Assembly (NCBI GenBank): GCA_037439545.1
Contig: JBBIVV010000028.1
Span: 1-28,509, forward strand
Origin: a bacterium
GTDB taxonomy: Bacteria; JAMCPX01
Length of the DNA: 28,509 nt
Direction of reading: 5' to 3'
The notes below the pieces were generated by a model, which was not told the DNA's origin, ran no database searches, and saw only the letters and a program-made list of their open reading frames with translations. Positions within the stretch are counted from its first letter, which is position 1, and each line of letters starts with the position of its first letter. Made by a program: the position numbers and the translations under genes. This document shows positions 1-9,315 of the stretch, piece by piece.

Positions 1-1264
1 ATCCTGTTATATGCTTGGCTGCTTTTTTGACAGCTTCTACGATATCGGCATCTTTTACCTTCTCCTGAACGCCGTCAGACAACCGTTTTAAGGTTATAGA
101 GCCATCCTTTAACTCATCTTTACCGATGATTACGACCAGTGCGGCATGCAGTTTATCGGCACGCCTCATCATACTTTTTATGGTTTTTTCTCCATAACCA
201 ATCTCGCATGTTATATCAAGCTGTCTAAGATGACCTGCAAGCTCAATGGCCCTGTATCTTGCCTCTTCAGTAAGGGGTATAAAGAACAGGTCGAGCCCGT
301 GTTCCGCGGGCATATCGATAAGTTCGGTGATACGTTCGATACCCAGTGCAAAGCCGACGGCAGGCGTATGCGTGCCCCCGAGCAGTTCTACGAGATAATC
401 ATACCTCCCGCCTGCAAGTATTGCATTCTGTGATCCCATGCTATCAACGGTAAATTCAAAAACAGTCCTTGAGTAATAGTCAAGGCCCCTGACAAGGCGG
501 GTATCCAGAGAATAGGCGAGTTTAAGCTTATCGAGTCCTGACGTAATGACATTGAAATGAGATGAACAGACGGCGCACAGGTGTTCTGTCGTCTTAGGTG
601 CATTTGCAGTGACTGACAAGCATCCCTGCTTTTTGCAATCGAGCACACGCAGTGGATTGGTGTCGATCCTCCTCTTGCAGTCATCGCACAATTTATCTTT
701 TACACTGTTCAGGAATGATTTTAGTTCTTCTATGTAAAGTGGCCTGCATTCAGGGCATCCTATGGAATTAAGCCTCATGGTTACACCTTTGATACCGAGT
801 GATGATATGATCCTGCTTGCAAGGACGATCACCTCGATATCGATGAATGGATCCTCTATTCCCAGTATCTCAATGCCTGCCTGATGGAACTGCCTGAACC
901 TGCCTTTCTGGGGCCTTTCATGTCTGAACATAGGACCTATATAAAACCATTTCTGTATGGCTTCCTGCTTATCGATGCTGTGCTCAAGGTATGCCCTGAC
1001 AACGGACGCCGTGCCTTCAGGCCTGAGTGACAGCTTTTCACCGCCTTTGTCCTCGAATGCGTACATCTCTTTTTCAACGATATCGGTGTTGTTGCCGATG
1101 CTTCGCACGAACAGTCCTGCCTGTTCAAGAATGGGGGTTTTAATCTCTTTTAAGTTGAACAGGGTAAAATGGTATCTTGATACAGCTTCGATGTGCTGAA
1201 ATTTTTTAACCTCGGGGTACAATATATCATTAAAACCCTGAATCGATTGGAAGTGTCTTGTCAT
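1..1264 (-). CDS. hisS: Histidine--tRNA ligase (stop codon lies beyond the window start)
   Basis: Manual translation from ATG 1264: MTRHFQSIQGFNDIL...TPILEQ...DIVEKEMYAF...LRPEGTA...FRHERPQKGRFRQFHQ...NPLRVLDCK...LVRGLDYYSRTVFE...GGRYD...GFALGIER. About 421 codons read open to the edge; GGAG SD upstream. Confidence 0.97.
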   Translation of the reverse strand, partial: MTRHFQSIQGFNDILYPEVKKFQHIEAVSRYHFTLFNLKEIKTPILEQAGLFVRSIGNNTDIVEKEMYAFEDKGGEKLSLRPEGTASVVRAYLEHSIDKQEAIQKWFYIGPMFRHERPQKGRFRQFHQAGIEILGIEDPFIDIEVIVLASRIISSLGIKGVTMRLNSIGCPECRPLYIEELKSFLNSVKDKLCDDCKRRIDTNPLRVLDCKKQGCLSVTANAPKTTEHLCAVCSSHFNVITSGLDKLKLAYSLDTRLVRGLDYYSRTVFEFTVDSMGSQNAILAGGRYDYLVELLGGTHTPAVGFALGIERITELIDMPAEHGLDLFFIPLTEEARYRAIELAGHLRQLDITCEIGYGEKTIKSMMRRADKLHAALVVIIGKDELKDGSITLKRLSDGVQEKVKDADIVEAVKKAAKHITG

Positions 1265-1485
1265 ACCCGCTCCGCGCAGCCTGGAGGTTGTCCGACATCT
1301 GTCATTCTGACCCGCCTGAGGCGGAGAAGAATCTGAAACCACAGGCTCTTCGTGGTGCCAAGGCACCACTCAGAGTGACATGAGAGATTCTTTACGGAGT
1401 TTAGACTGAGAAAAACGAAGGTGTTCAGAGTGACAGACTTGCTGGTTTTTGAATTACCGGACAGCGCACTTGCCATATTCCCCAT
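1261..1485 (-). CDS. Possible 74-aa bridging ORF spanning the palindromic element
   Basis: Starts 1 nt after the cimA stop (TAG-T-ATG, AGGA upstream) and its TGA overlaps the hisS ATG (ATGA). No recognisable domain. Confidence 0.3.
   Translation of the reverse strand: MGNMASALSGNSKTSKSVTLNTFVFLSLNSVKNLSCHSEWCLGTTKSLWFQILLRLRRVRMTDVGQPPGCAERV
1300..1435. repeat. Composite palindromic (REP/RPE-like) element
   Basis: TGTCATTCTGA (1300-1310) pairs with TCAGAGTGACA (1370-1380). Internal hairpins CCGCC-TGA-GGCGG and GTGGTGCC-AA-GGCACCAC; GAAGAATCT core. An extra half unit GAGATTCTT...TCAGAGTGACA lies at 1384-1435. Related copy at 25995-26071. Confidence 0.8.
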
Positions 1486-1486
1486 A

Positions 1487-3067
1487 CTATTCCTGAGACT
1501 TTTTGTATTTCAGCAGCTTGTAGTTTATACTGTCGACCAGAGCGAGCCAGCTCGCTTCTATAATGTTCTGTGATACCCCTACCGTCCCCCACCGGTGTAG
1601 ACCGTCACCTGACTCTATGAGTACGCGTACCGCAGCGGCGGTACCCTCACCTGAAGAAATGACGCGGACCTTGAAATCGAGTAACCGGACATTGACAAGT
1701 TCGGGATAGAACTTTTCAAGCGCCTTCCTGAGTGCATTGTCGAGCGCGTTTACCGGGCCGTTGCCCATTGCCGCGGTGTGCTCGAGTTTACCGTCGACCT
1801 CGAGCATAATGGTTGCCTCTGCAATAGGCGGCTCGTCTTCTTTTCTTTTCTCATCGATGACCCTGAAGCCGACAAGCTTGAAGAATTTCTTGTGCCGGTG
1901 AAGGGATTTGTTGACGAGCAGCTCGAAGGACGCCTCGGCGCCCTCGTATTGGTAACCTTTATTCTCGAGCTCCTTGACAGTCCTGACGATGTGTCCCGCG
2001 TCTTCGTCGTTGTCGAGTTTTATTCCGAGCTCTTTCGATTTCATCAGGATGTTCGCACTGCCCGAGAGATCTGACACGAGGATGCGCCTCTTGTTCCCCA
2101 CGAGCCTCGGCTCTATGTGCTCGTAGGTCTTCGGGTTCTTTACGATGGCGTTTACATGGACGCCCGCCTTGTGTGCAAATGCGCTCTCGCCCACATAGGG
2201 CAGGTATTGGTTCGGCGGCAGGTTTGCAAGCTCGTCCACGAGCCTGGAAACGTCCCGGAGTCTCTTAAGGTTTTTGCCGAGTACGTCGTACCCCATCTTT
2301 AATTCGAGTGAGGGTATTATGGAGCACAGGTTTGCGTTCCCGCACCGCTCTCCGTAGCCGTTTATGGTGCCTTGGACGTGGCGGACGCCCTGCCTGATCG
2401 CTGCTATCGAGCCCGCGACCGCGGCGTCTGAGTCGTTGTGGAGATGGACACCGAGCCTGCCTGCCTTCATAAAACGCTTTACGTCCTCTATGGTCGCTTC
2501 GATGTCCCACGGCATCGTACCGCCGTTCGTATCGCAAAGCACGATCCTGTCGGCACCCGCCTGCTCCGCAACCCGGAGGGTCTTCAATGCGTACTCCCTG
2601 TTGTACCTGTAGCCGTCGAAGAAATGTTCCGCATCATAGATGACGCCATCCATGTGTTTTTTAAGAAAATGTACGGAGTCGAATATTAGATCGATATTTT
2701 CTTCGAGGGATATGCGAAGTGCGTCCCTGACGTGCAAGTCCCAGCTCTTCCCGAATATGGTCGCATAGCTTACGCCTGATTCAACGATGGCCTTTAGGTT
2801 CGGGTCGGATTCAGCGCGAATACCCTTTTTTCTCGTACTCCCGAACGCAGTGAGGCATGTTTTTTTGATCTTTATGCCTGCAGCCCGTTTGAAGAATTCA
2901 ATATCCCTCGGGTTCGAGCCTGGCCAGCCCCCTTCGACATAGGTAACGCCTATATCGTCAAGGGCCATGAGTATCCTCAGTTTGTCCTCTACTGAAAAGT
3001 TTACGCGCTCGGACTGGGAACCGTCTCTTAAAACAGTGTCATAAACCTCTATCTTTCTCGATGCCAT
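1487..3067 (-). CDS. cimA: Citramalate synthase
   Basis: DTVLRDGSQSE, EGGWPGSNPRD, GVHLHND, NGYGERCGNANL, AFAHKAGVH and C-terminal GNGPVNALD...WGTVGVS; located downstream of lysC. Confidence 0.93.
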   Translation of the reverse strand: MASRKIEVYDTVLRDGSQSERVNFSVEDKLRILMALDDIGVTYVEGGWPGSNPRDIEFFKRAAGIKIKKTCLTAFGSTRKKGIRAESDPNLKAIVESGVSYATIFGKSWDLHVRDALRISLEENIDLIFDSVHFLKKHMDGVIYDAEHFFDGYRYNREYALKTLRVAEQAGADRIVLCDTNGGTMPWDIEATIEDVKRFMKAGRLGVHLHNDSDAAVAGSIAAIRQGVRHVQGTINGYGERCGNANLCSIIPSLELKMGYDVLGKNLKRLRDVSRLVDELANLPPNQYLPYVGESAFAHKAGVHVNAIVKNPKTYEHIEPRLVGNKRRILVSDLSGSANILMKSKELGIKLDNDEDAGHIVRTVKELENKGYQYEGAEASFELLVNKSLHRHKKFFKLVGFRVIDEKRKEDEPPIAEATIMLEVDGKLEHTAAMGNGPVNALDNALRKALEKFYPELVNVRLLDFKVRVISSGEGTAAAVRVLIESGDGLHRWGTVGVSQNIIEASWLALVDSINYKLLKYKKSQE

Positions 3068-3085
3068 CTATCAGCCTGTCTATGC

Positions 3086-3568
3086 TCAGTTTGCCTTGTC
3101 AAGACCGAATGCTTCGTGCAGAACCCTTACTGCAAGCTCTGTGTATTTTGCTTCGATTACACAGGATATTTTTATCTCGGAGGTGCTAATCATCTGGATG
3201 TTTATATTTTCCTTTGCAAGGGAAGAAAACATCTTTTGGGCAATACCTGCATGACTCCGCATGCCTGCCCCCACTATAGAGATCTTCGCAATGCTCTGGT
3301 CCGAAACGACATTCTGTGCATTTATCTGACTTGCAATGTCTTTGATTATTTCCATGGCACGTTTAAAATCGCTTTTTGCCACAGTGAATGTGAGGTCTGT
3401 ATTCCCTTCGGTGCTGATATTTTGTACGATCATATCCACATTAATGTTAGCGTCTGTAAGCGGTTTGAAGAGCTTAGCCGCTATGCCTGGTTTGTCAGGT
3501 ATTTTTACCAGTGTAATCTTTGCCTCATTTTTGTCATAAGCTATGCCAGAAACAACTGCTTCTTCCAT
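3086..3568 (-). CDS. lysC: Aspartate kinase beta subunit from in-frame internal start (Met246)
   Basis: GGAGG (3581-3577) lies 8 nt before the in-frame ATG at 3568, at the start of the ACT region ([10 protein letters not shown]); 160 aa. Confidence 0.7.
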   Translation of the reverse strand: MEEAVVSGIAYDKNEAKITLVKIPDKPGIAAKLFKPLTDANINVDMIVQNISTEGNTDLTFTVAKSDFKRAMEIIKDIASQINAQNVVSDQSIAKISIVGAGMRSHAGIAQKMFSSLAKENINIQMISTSEIKISCVIEAKYTELAVRVLHEAFGLDKAN

Positions 3569-4303
3569 TTTTTTATCCTCCGTTACCAATGTTCCTCCAC
3601 TGTCTGTGAAGGTAGATTTTACCATTACCGGTACCTTATACTTCATTGCAAACTCGACAGACCGTGTTTGCAGGACCTTTGCTCCAAGACTTGCCATCTC
3701 AAGCATCTCCTCATAGGAGATCCTGTCAAGCCTTCTTGCTTCCGGGACGATGTTCGGGTCTGTTGTGTATATGCCGTCGACGTCCGTGTATATTTCACAT
3801 ACATCCGCCTTGAGTGCTGCTGCAAGTGCGACCGCTGTCGTATCAGAGCCGCCTCTTCCGAGTGTCGTAATGCTACCTTTCTCATCGATGCCCTGAAAAC
3901 CTGCAACGATAACGATGTAGCCGTCCTTCAATGATTTTCTTATTCTTGCATCTTCTATTCTCAGTATACGGCTCTTTGAAAAGGCGGAATCCGTTATAAT
4001 AGGTATCTGGAAACCGAGGAAAGATACTGCCTTATATCCCATTGCATTCAGCGCAATGGCGAGTAATCCGATCGTTACCTGTTCACCGGTTGAAACTACC
4101 ACATCGTATTCCCTGAGATTCGGTATCTCTGCCGTTTTATTCGTATAATCGACAAGCTTGTTCGTTTCACCGGACATTGCAGATACGACGACTACGAGAT
4201 CGTCTCCCTTATCTTTTGCCTTTACCACTTTTCTTGCTACGTTCTTAATCTTGTCTATATCACCGACCGATGTCCCGCCAAATTTTTTAACCACTAAAGC
4301 CAT
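3086..4303 (-). CDS. lysC: Aspartate kinase (alpha subunit, two ACT domains)
   Basis: [33 protein letters not shown] and C-terminal STSEIKISC. Confidence 0.97.
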   Translation of the reverse strand: MALVVKKFGGTSVGDIDKIKNVARKVVKAKDKGDDLVVVVSAMSGETNKLVDYTNKTAEIPNLREYDVVVSTGEQVTIGLLAIALNAMGYKAVSFLGFQIPIITDSAFSKSRILRIEDARIRKSLKDGYIVIVAGFQGIDEKGSITTLGRGGSDTTAVALAAALKADVCEIYTDVDGIYTTDPNIVPEARRLDRISYEEMLEMASLGAKVLQTRSVEFAMKYKVPVMVKSTFTDSGGTLVTEDKKMEEAVVSGIAYDKNEAKITLVKIPDKPGIAAKLFKPLTDANINVDMIVQNISTEGNTDLTFTVAKSDFKRAMEIIKDIASQINAQNVVSDQSIAKISIVGAGMRSHAGIAQKMFSSLAKENINIQMISTSEIKISCVIEAKYTELAVRVLHEAFGLDKAN

Positions 4304-4308
4304 AGCTC

Positions 4309-4803
4309 CTACCTCTCTTGAGATTTTGTACTTTTTATCAGCCTTAACAAAAGTTCTTTTTTACCCTTTATTTCTATACCTCTGCCATCTTTTTTAATAG
4401 AAAAAGTTAAAAACAGATCAAGATAATTTGCAAGAGATTTAAATTTTTCTGGCCATTCTATGATTAAGAACCCCTTACTCATGTCAATATCATAGATGCC
4501 CGTGCGGACGAGTTCGTCGTCTGACGCTATTCGGTACAGATCTGCGTGGAAGATGACCGGGGTGGTTCCGTACTCGTTTATTATGGCAAAGGTCGGACTG
4601 GTGACCACATCCCTGTTGATGCCAAAGGCCGCGGCAAAGCCCTTTACGAATGTCGTTTTGCCTGCACCAAGCTGACCGGTAAGGCCGATCGCGGTGCCCG
4701 GCGGCAGGAGTTTTGCCATACGCTTTGCCACCCGCATCATTTCTGCGGGGGTCTTAATAAACATGTTAAGGTTCTTTTCCAAGTTAAACAATTCACAGGG
4801 CAT
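4309..4803 (-). CDS. tsaE: tRNA threonylcarbamoyladenosine biosynthesis ATPase
   Basis: [10 protein letters not shown]-loop, [18 protein letters not shown]. Start codon uncertain. Confidence 0.95.
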   Translation of the reverse strand: MPCELFNLEKNLNMFIKTPAEMMRVAKRMAKLLPPGTAIGLTGQLGAGKTTFVKGFAAAFGINRDVVTSPTFAIINEYGTTPVIFHADLYRIASDDELVRTGIYDIDMSKGFLIIEWPEKFKSLANYLDLFLTFSIKKDGRGIEIKGKKELLLRLIKSTKSQER

Positions 4804-4818
4804 GACCGAGTATGTTCT

Positions 4819-5346
4819 TTAATACTTCGGCACTGCTTTGAATTTTAATTTTTTCCCTTCGTATTCAACCTTGAACTCGACATCCCTGCAGTTATACTGC
4901 TTCAGCAGTTCCTTGCGCTTTGATTCAAGTGTTTGTTTAATGGCGTCATAAGACGTCAGTTTTGTAGATGGGTTCAGGGACGTCACGAGTTTTACATAGT
5001 CGCCATACACCTGTTTATAGGTCTCATTTTCAGCCGGCGGCTGCGTAACTGCTCCTGCTTCCGTTTTTTTCGCGGGAGCAGATTCAAGGAGTCTTAGCTT
5101 TTTATCCCAGACGCTTTTTAACGATATGAGTCTTGAAATTATATTCTCATAGGTGAACTTCTGGTTTACTTTTATAAAATGAATTTTGCTCGCTTTTATG
5201 ACAAGCCTGTCGACATCGTCTCTTTTTCTCACAGGCTCTAATTTCAGATCTTTGTTAAAGTACCTGTCGTAATCAAACTTCAGATCCCTTATCCTTGCTT
5301 CAAGCTGGCTCAACAATGAATCGATATTTGTTTCTTCTTCATTCAT
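4819..5346 (-). CDS. Helical hypothetical protein resembling MXAN_5187 C-terminal-domain proteins
   Basis: LKFDYDRYF...LEP...WDKKLRLLE...Y..YV...VEFKVEYEGKKLKFKAVPK pattern (recognised from memory). Start placed at ATG 5346 behind AAAGGG. Confidence 0.6.
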   Translation of the reverse strand: MNEEETNIDSLLSQLEARIRDLKFDYDRYFNKDLKLEPVRKRDDVDRLVIKASKIHFIKVNQKFTYENIISRLISLKSVWDKKLRLLESAPAKKTEAGAVTQPPAENETYKQVYGDYVKLVTSLNPSTKLTSYDAIKQTLESKRKELLKQYNCRDVEFKVEYEGKKLKFKAVPKY

Positions 5347-5445
5347 ATAAATACCCTTTCTGTGATGGTACGGGAACAAATTCTTCTTGACTTAGCTGTC
5401 TTATTTGATACTAATGCAAATATCTTATAAAGTAAAGGAGGGCAC

Positions 5446-5721
5446 ATGACGAAGGCAGATTTGGTAAAGAAACTTGCCGATCAGGGAGAAGTTTCAAAGG
5501 CAAAAGCGGAGGTAATGTTAAACGCTTTTATCAGCAATGTTACTGCATTATTAAAAAAGGGGGATAAATTGACATTGCCCGGTTTTGGTACGTTTTTGGT
5601 AACAAAAAGGGCAGCACGGGAAGGTATCAATCCTCAAACGAAAGCGAAGCTCAAGATACCCGCAAGAAGGGTCCCCAAATTCAGAGCAGGCAGCAATCTA
5701 AAAAAAGCCGTAGCTAAATAA
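5446..5721 (+). CDS. hup: DNA-binding protein HU
   Basis: MTKADLV, LPGFGTF, REGINPQT, PKFRAG; AAGGAGG SD. Confidence 0.96.
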   Translation: MTKADLVKKLADQGEVSKAKAEVMLNAFISNVTALLKKGDKLTLPGFGTFLVTKRAAREGINPQTKAKLKIPARRVPKFRAGSNLKKAVAK

Positions 5722-5732
5722 TTGTATGAGTC

Positions 5733-5766
5733 GTGATGGGGCATCTGTCCCATCACAATTCCTTTT
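5733..5766 (+). terminator. Probable intrinsic terminator after HU
   Basis: 10-bp stem GTGATGGGGC / GTCCCATCAC (one G-U pair), loop ATCT, followed by AATTCCTTTT (imperfect U-tract). Confidence 0.6.
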
Positions 5767-5838
5767 CGTTTATAAGATGGGAAGGAGGATATTCTTATCT
5801 TCTTTAAAAAGAGAACGCAATACAACTATGATGAACAA

Positions 5839-7818
5839 TTGGCTTACTGGGCGATAAAAGCCCGTTATATAGTCTATCCGGCAGCACTATTTCTATTCTT
5901 ATTCTTTTTCAGGCACCACTCCGCTCTGTATCCTTATTTTATATATGCGGCAATTATTCCGTTTATTCTCAATTTCATTGTAGATTATATTTATAGGTTC
6001 GATAAATCCATATACATTACCGGTGTTCTAATGGCTATCCTGGACAGTGCGATCACTGCGTATATCGTTTTTCTGACAGGCGGTTTCCGCAGTCCGTTCT
6101 TTTTTATGTTTTTAGTACAATTGCTCGGAGTCGGCCTATTAAACAATGCTTTTTTTACCCTCATGTTTCTTTTCATAGATACACTCGTATATGCGGCTGT
6201 GGCAGATTTGAACATCTTACTCCGTGAAGGCAAGTTTGTCTTCGTAAATCAGAATATAACCGGCATCATAACGCAGCTCAAACCGGAGAGAATCGATTAT
6301 ATCGTTATAAATATAGTCCTCTTTACCGTGATTGTACTGATACTTGCGTTTATCAATTACCGGTTGAATATTATTTTTGCAAAGCTGGATTCAAGTAGAA
6401 AAAAAATAGATTTACTGCTGACCATGGCGAATAAATTCAGGAACCTGCAGCCGCTCGGGAACTTCCTGGATGAAACGACAAAAATGATCGCCGATACGCT
6501 CGGGTATAAATACAACGCCATAATATTATTAAGTAAAAATAAAACTGTATTACATATGAATTCCCATAATCCAAAAACCGGTGAGGAAAAAAAGACAATA
6601 GAACATGCAAACGATTTATTGGGCTATGATCTGAAAAGCATGAGCGTTCCCATGTCAAGCGAGAACAATATCGTCGTAAGGGCAGTAAAAGAGATGAATA
6701 CACTGATAACGAACGATCCGTGGGACGTGCTGATCGATGTCGCACCGCCCGTTACACGAGAAATAGCACAGCATTTACAACAGCTCACGGGAAGTAAAAC
6801 ATATATAGTCACTCCTATTGTCGTGCTGGGAGAAACTATCGGTGTCCTTGAAACAGAATCTCAATTAAGCCATATAGATACAGAGAACATAGAATTGCTC
6901 GAAAGGCTTTCATCTCAGATAGGCGTAAGTATTGTAAACAGCAGGCTTTACACCGAGACATTAAATCAAAAAAAAGAAATAGAAAGCCATTACCAGGAAA
7001 TGAACAATATTTTGAGCGAGCTTCAAATGTCTTATTCGAAACTCGAAAGTTTCACGTCAGAACTGGAGATCTCAAAAAACAAACTGGAAGAGATGAAGGG
7101 GATTTTATACCATTCGGATAAACTTGCGACCATAGGACAGGTTATTGCAAGCATTACACATCAATTCAGCAGTCCGATTACCGTGATAACCGGTCAGTCC
7201 GACTTACTTATCAAGGAACTGAATGATAGAGGTATTGAGGCAGGAAAGGAACGGATTGAAAAGATCAAGTTGAGTGTCAGTAAATTGAACGAATCCGTAA
7301 AAAAACTCATGCTGTCGGTGAGGCAGTCAAAGCCCGAGTTCAGAGACATCAATATAAACACTATCGTCAATTCTGTGTCCGGTCTGTGGGAATATGAACT
7401 GAAGGTCGCAGGTATGAGATTGGATAAAAAACTCGATGAAACACTCCCCTTGATAGAAGGCGTACCGGACGCATTGGAGCAATTGCTCGCTAATCTCATT
7501 TCAAATGCAAAGGATGCAATGGAAGAGAGAAAAAGTACTATTACCGTATCGACGCGATTGTTTGACAAGGACAATATTGAGCTCGAGGTAACGGATGAAG
7601 GCATGGGCATACCGGATAACCAGCTCGATAAAATATTTACTCCGTTTTTCACCACAAAACCTGCGGGTAAAGGCACAGGACTCGGTATGGTCATAGTTAT
7701 GAATGCAGTCGAAGAACATAACGGCAGGCTTATGGTGAGGAGCGAGCTGAATAAAGGCACGACTTTTACCATAATACTGCCCATAAAACATCACAAAGAA
7801 CAATCAGATGCAGTATGA
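5839..7818 (+). CDS. Membrane sensor histidine kinase (multi-TM, GAF, HisKA, HATPase)
   Basis: Several N-terminal TM helices (TGGFRSPFFFMF), GAF-like PIVVLGETIGVL, atypical H-box THQFSSP, N-box QLLANLISNAKDA, DEGMGI, FTPFFTTK, GKGTGLG. True start may be upstream (see findings). Confidence 0.93.
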   Translation: MAYWAIKARYIVYPAALFLFLFFFRHHSALYPYFIYAAIIPFILNFIVDYIYRFDKSIYITGVLMAILDSAITAYIVFLTGGFRSPFFFMFLVQLLGVGLLNNAFFTLMFLFIDTLVYAAVADLNILLREGKFVFVNQNITGIITQLKPERIDYIVINIVLFTVIVLILAFINYRLNIIFAKLDSSRKKIDLLLTMANKFRNLQPLGNFLDETTKMIADTLGYKYNAIILLSKNKTVLHMNSHNPKTGEEKKTIEHANDLLGYDLKSMSVPMSSENNIVVRAVKEMNTLITNDPWDVLIDVAPPVTREIAQHLQQLTGSKTYIVTPIVVLGETIGVLETESQLSHIDTENIELLERLSSQIGVSIVNSRLYTETLNQKKEIESHYQEMNNILSELQMSYSKLESFTSELEISKNKLEEMKGILYHSDKLATIGQVIASITHQFSSPITVITGQSDLLIKELNDRGIEAGKERIEKIKLSVSKLNESVKKLMLSVRQSKPEFRDININTIVNSVSGLWEYELKVAGMRLDKKLDETLPLIEGVPDALEQLLANLISNAKDAMEERKSTITVSTRLFDKDNIELEVTDEGMGIPDNQLDKIFTPFFTTKPAGKGTGLGMVIVMNAVEEHNGRLMVRSELNKGTTFTIILPIKHHKEQSDAV

Positions 7819-9310
7819 TGAAACAAAACATCCGGTGAGCATACTTGTCGTTGACGACGAGAGTTCTATAAGAGAATTACTGAAGGAGTACCTGTCGCTC
7901 GAAGGCTACAAGGTTGATACGGCAGAAAACGGCCACGATGCCTATGCATACCTCAAAAAATCTTATTATGACCTTGTACTTACAGACCTTGAAATGCCCG
8001 GTATGAACGGTATAGAATTGCTCGAAAAGGCGAATGCAGAAGGACTGAACCATAAATTCATCATTCTCACAGGTTTCGGCACTGTTGAAACCGCGATCAT
8101 GGCATTAAAGCTCGGGGCCATCGATTATATATTAAAGCCTTTTAAACTTGAAGAGCTTGGATTTGTCATAAGCAAAGCGGTTCACAGAAGAAGGCTTGAA
8201 GAAGAGAACATACACCTCAAAGAAGCACTGTCGCTCTATCAGATCAGCGAGGCAATGATCCTGAACAATAATGTGAGGGCAGTACTCGAATTGATTCTCG
8301 AAAAGGCAATGCATGAACTTGAAGCGGATATAGTTATCCTATCCCTGAAAGAGACCTTTTCCTCTCCCATGATTACAAGGCTGTTGAAATCGTCTTTAGA
8401 TATTACGCCGGATGAACTTGAATCTGCCCTGGACAAAGAAAAAATCTTCCGGCATCTGGAACTGGAACGCTACATGATCCTGACAGGAAATCAGGTCGAG
8501 CAGATAAAGAGCGGGAAAACTATCGGTGTCGATATTCATTCATACCTTTCCGTTGCAGTAGGATTCATGGATAAATTCTACGGCGCTTTATGCGTACTCA
8601 GGGTAAAGAATGATACGCCGTTTACCGATGCTCACAGGAAACTTGCCACTATATTTGCAGAAAGGATAACGTCGCTGCTTGAGGTAAAGCGCTCCGATGA
8701 AGGGCTGCAGCTCGCCATAATTGAATCCATAGAATCACTGGTCAAGGCACTTGAGGCTAAAGAGCCTTTTACACGTGGTCATTCTGAAAGGGTTTCCATC
8801 TATGCGCATATGCTGGCGGAAAAGATTAAGCTCGATGAAAAAATGGTTTTGAATATTACCCAGGCCGGCCGGCTGCATGATATAGGCAAGATAGGAATCC
8901 GGTATGATGCATTGACAAAAAAAGACGGACTCGATAAAGAAGAATACGAACAATTTAAATTGCATCCTGTCATAGGTGCAAACATACTGAAGCCCATGTC
9001 ATTTCTTGCGGACATAATCCCTGCGATCCTGCATCATCACGAAAGATACGACGGCACAGGCTATCCGGACCGGGTTTCGGGTGAGGATATCCCAATAGGC
9101 GCAAGGATCCTTGCAATCTGCGACAGCTTCGATGTAATGACATCAGACAGGCCTTACAGGACGACCTTGCCCAAAGAAAAGGTAATCTCGGAGCTTAAAT
9201 CCAACAGCGGCACGCAGTTCGATCCTGTGCTTGCCAGTACCATGCTCCTCCTTTTAGAAGATGGAGAAATACCTCTAAAAAGAGAATCAGCAGGAGAAAC
9301 TAAGAAGTAA
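7808..9310 (+). CDS. Response regulator with HD-GYP cyclic-dinucleotide phosphodiesterase domain (REC-GAF-like-HD-GYP)
   Basis: REC: VVDDE, TDLEMPGMNG, LKPF. HD-GYP: TRGHSERV, LHDIGKIG, HHHERYDGTGYP, DSFDVMTSDRPYR. Overlaps the kinase stop. Confidence 0.93.
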   Translation: MQYDETKHPVSILVVDDESSIRELLKEYLSLEGYKVDTAENGHDAYAYLKKSYYDLVLTDLEMPGMNGIELLEKANAEGLNHKFIILTGFGTVETAIMALKLGAIDYILKPFKLEELGFVISKAVHRRRLEEENIHLKEALSLYQISEAMILNNNVRAVLELILEKAMHELEADIVILSLKETFSSPMITRLLKSSLDITPDELESALDKEKIFRHLELERYMILTGNQVEQIKSGKTIGVDIHSYLSVAVGFMDKFYGALCVLRVKNDTPFTDAHRKLATIFAERITSLLEVKRSDEGLQLAIIESIESLVKALEAKEPFTRGHSERVSIYAHMLAEKIKLDEKMVLNITQAGRLHDIGKIGIRYDALTKKDGLDKEEYEQFKLHPVIGANILKPMSFLADIIPAILHHHERYDGTGYPDRVSGEDIPIGARILAICDSFDVMTSDRPYRTTLPKEKVISELKSNSGTQFDPVLASTMLLLLEDGEIPLKRESAGETKK

Positions 9311-9315
9311 GCACT

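Noticed and set aside
700..730. Apparent frameshift in hisS at an A-run
   Set aside because: Re-reading gives CTA AAA TCA TTC, in frame with LCDDCKRR; no shift.
146..1199. Short ORFs listed in the first 1.2 kb
   Set aside because: All lie within hisS, which the track missed because its stop is outside the window.
1265..1486. T-box or attenuator upstream of hisS
   Set aside because: No T-box motif or His-rich leader; the hairpins are explained by the repeat family also found at 25995.
3116..3934. 272-aa plus-strand ORF
   Set aside because: Antisense shadow of lysC with Cys/Phe/Tyr-rich non-protein composition. The same applies to 7194-7784, 9300-9776, 10325-10873, 11097-11570 and the other antisense ORFs.
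4304..4308. Lysine riboswitch before lysC
   Set aside because: Only a 5-nt gap after tsaE.
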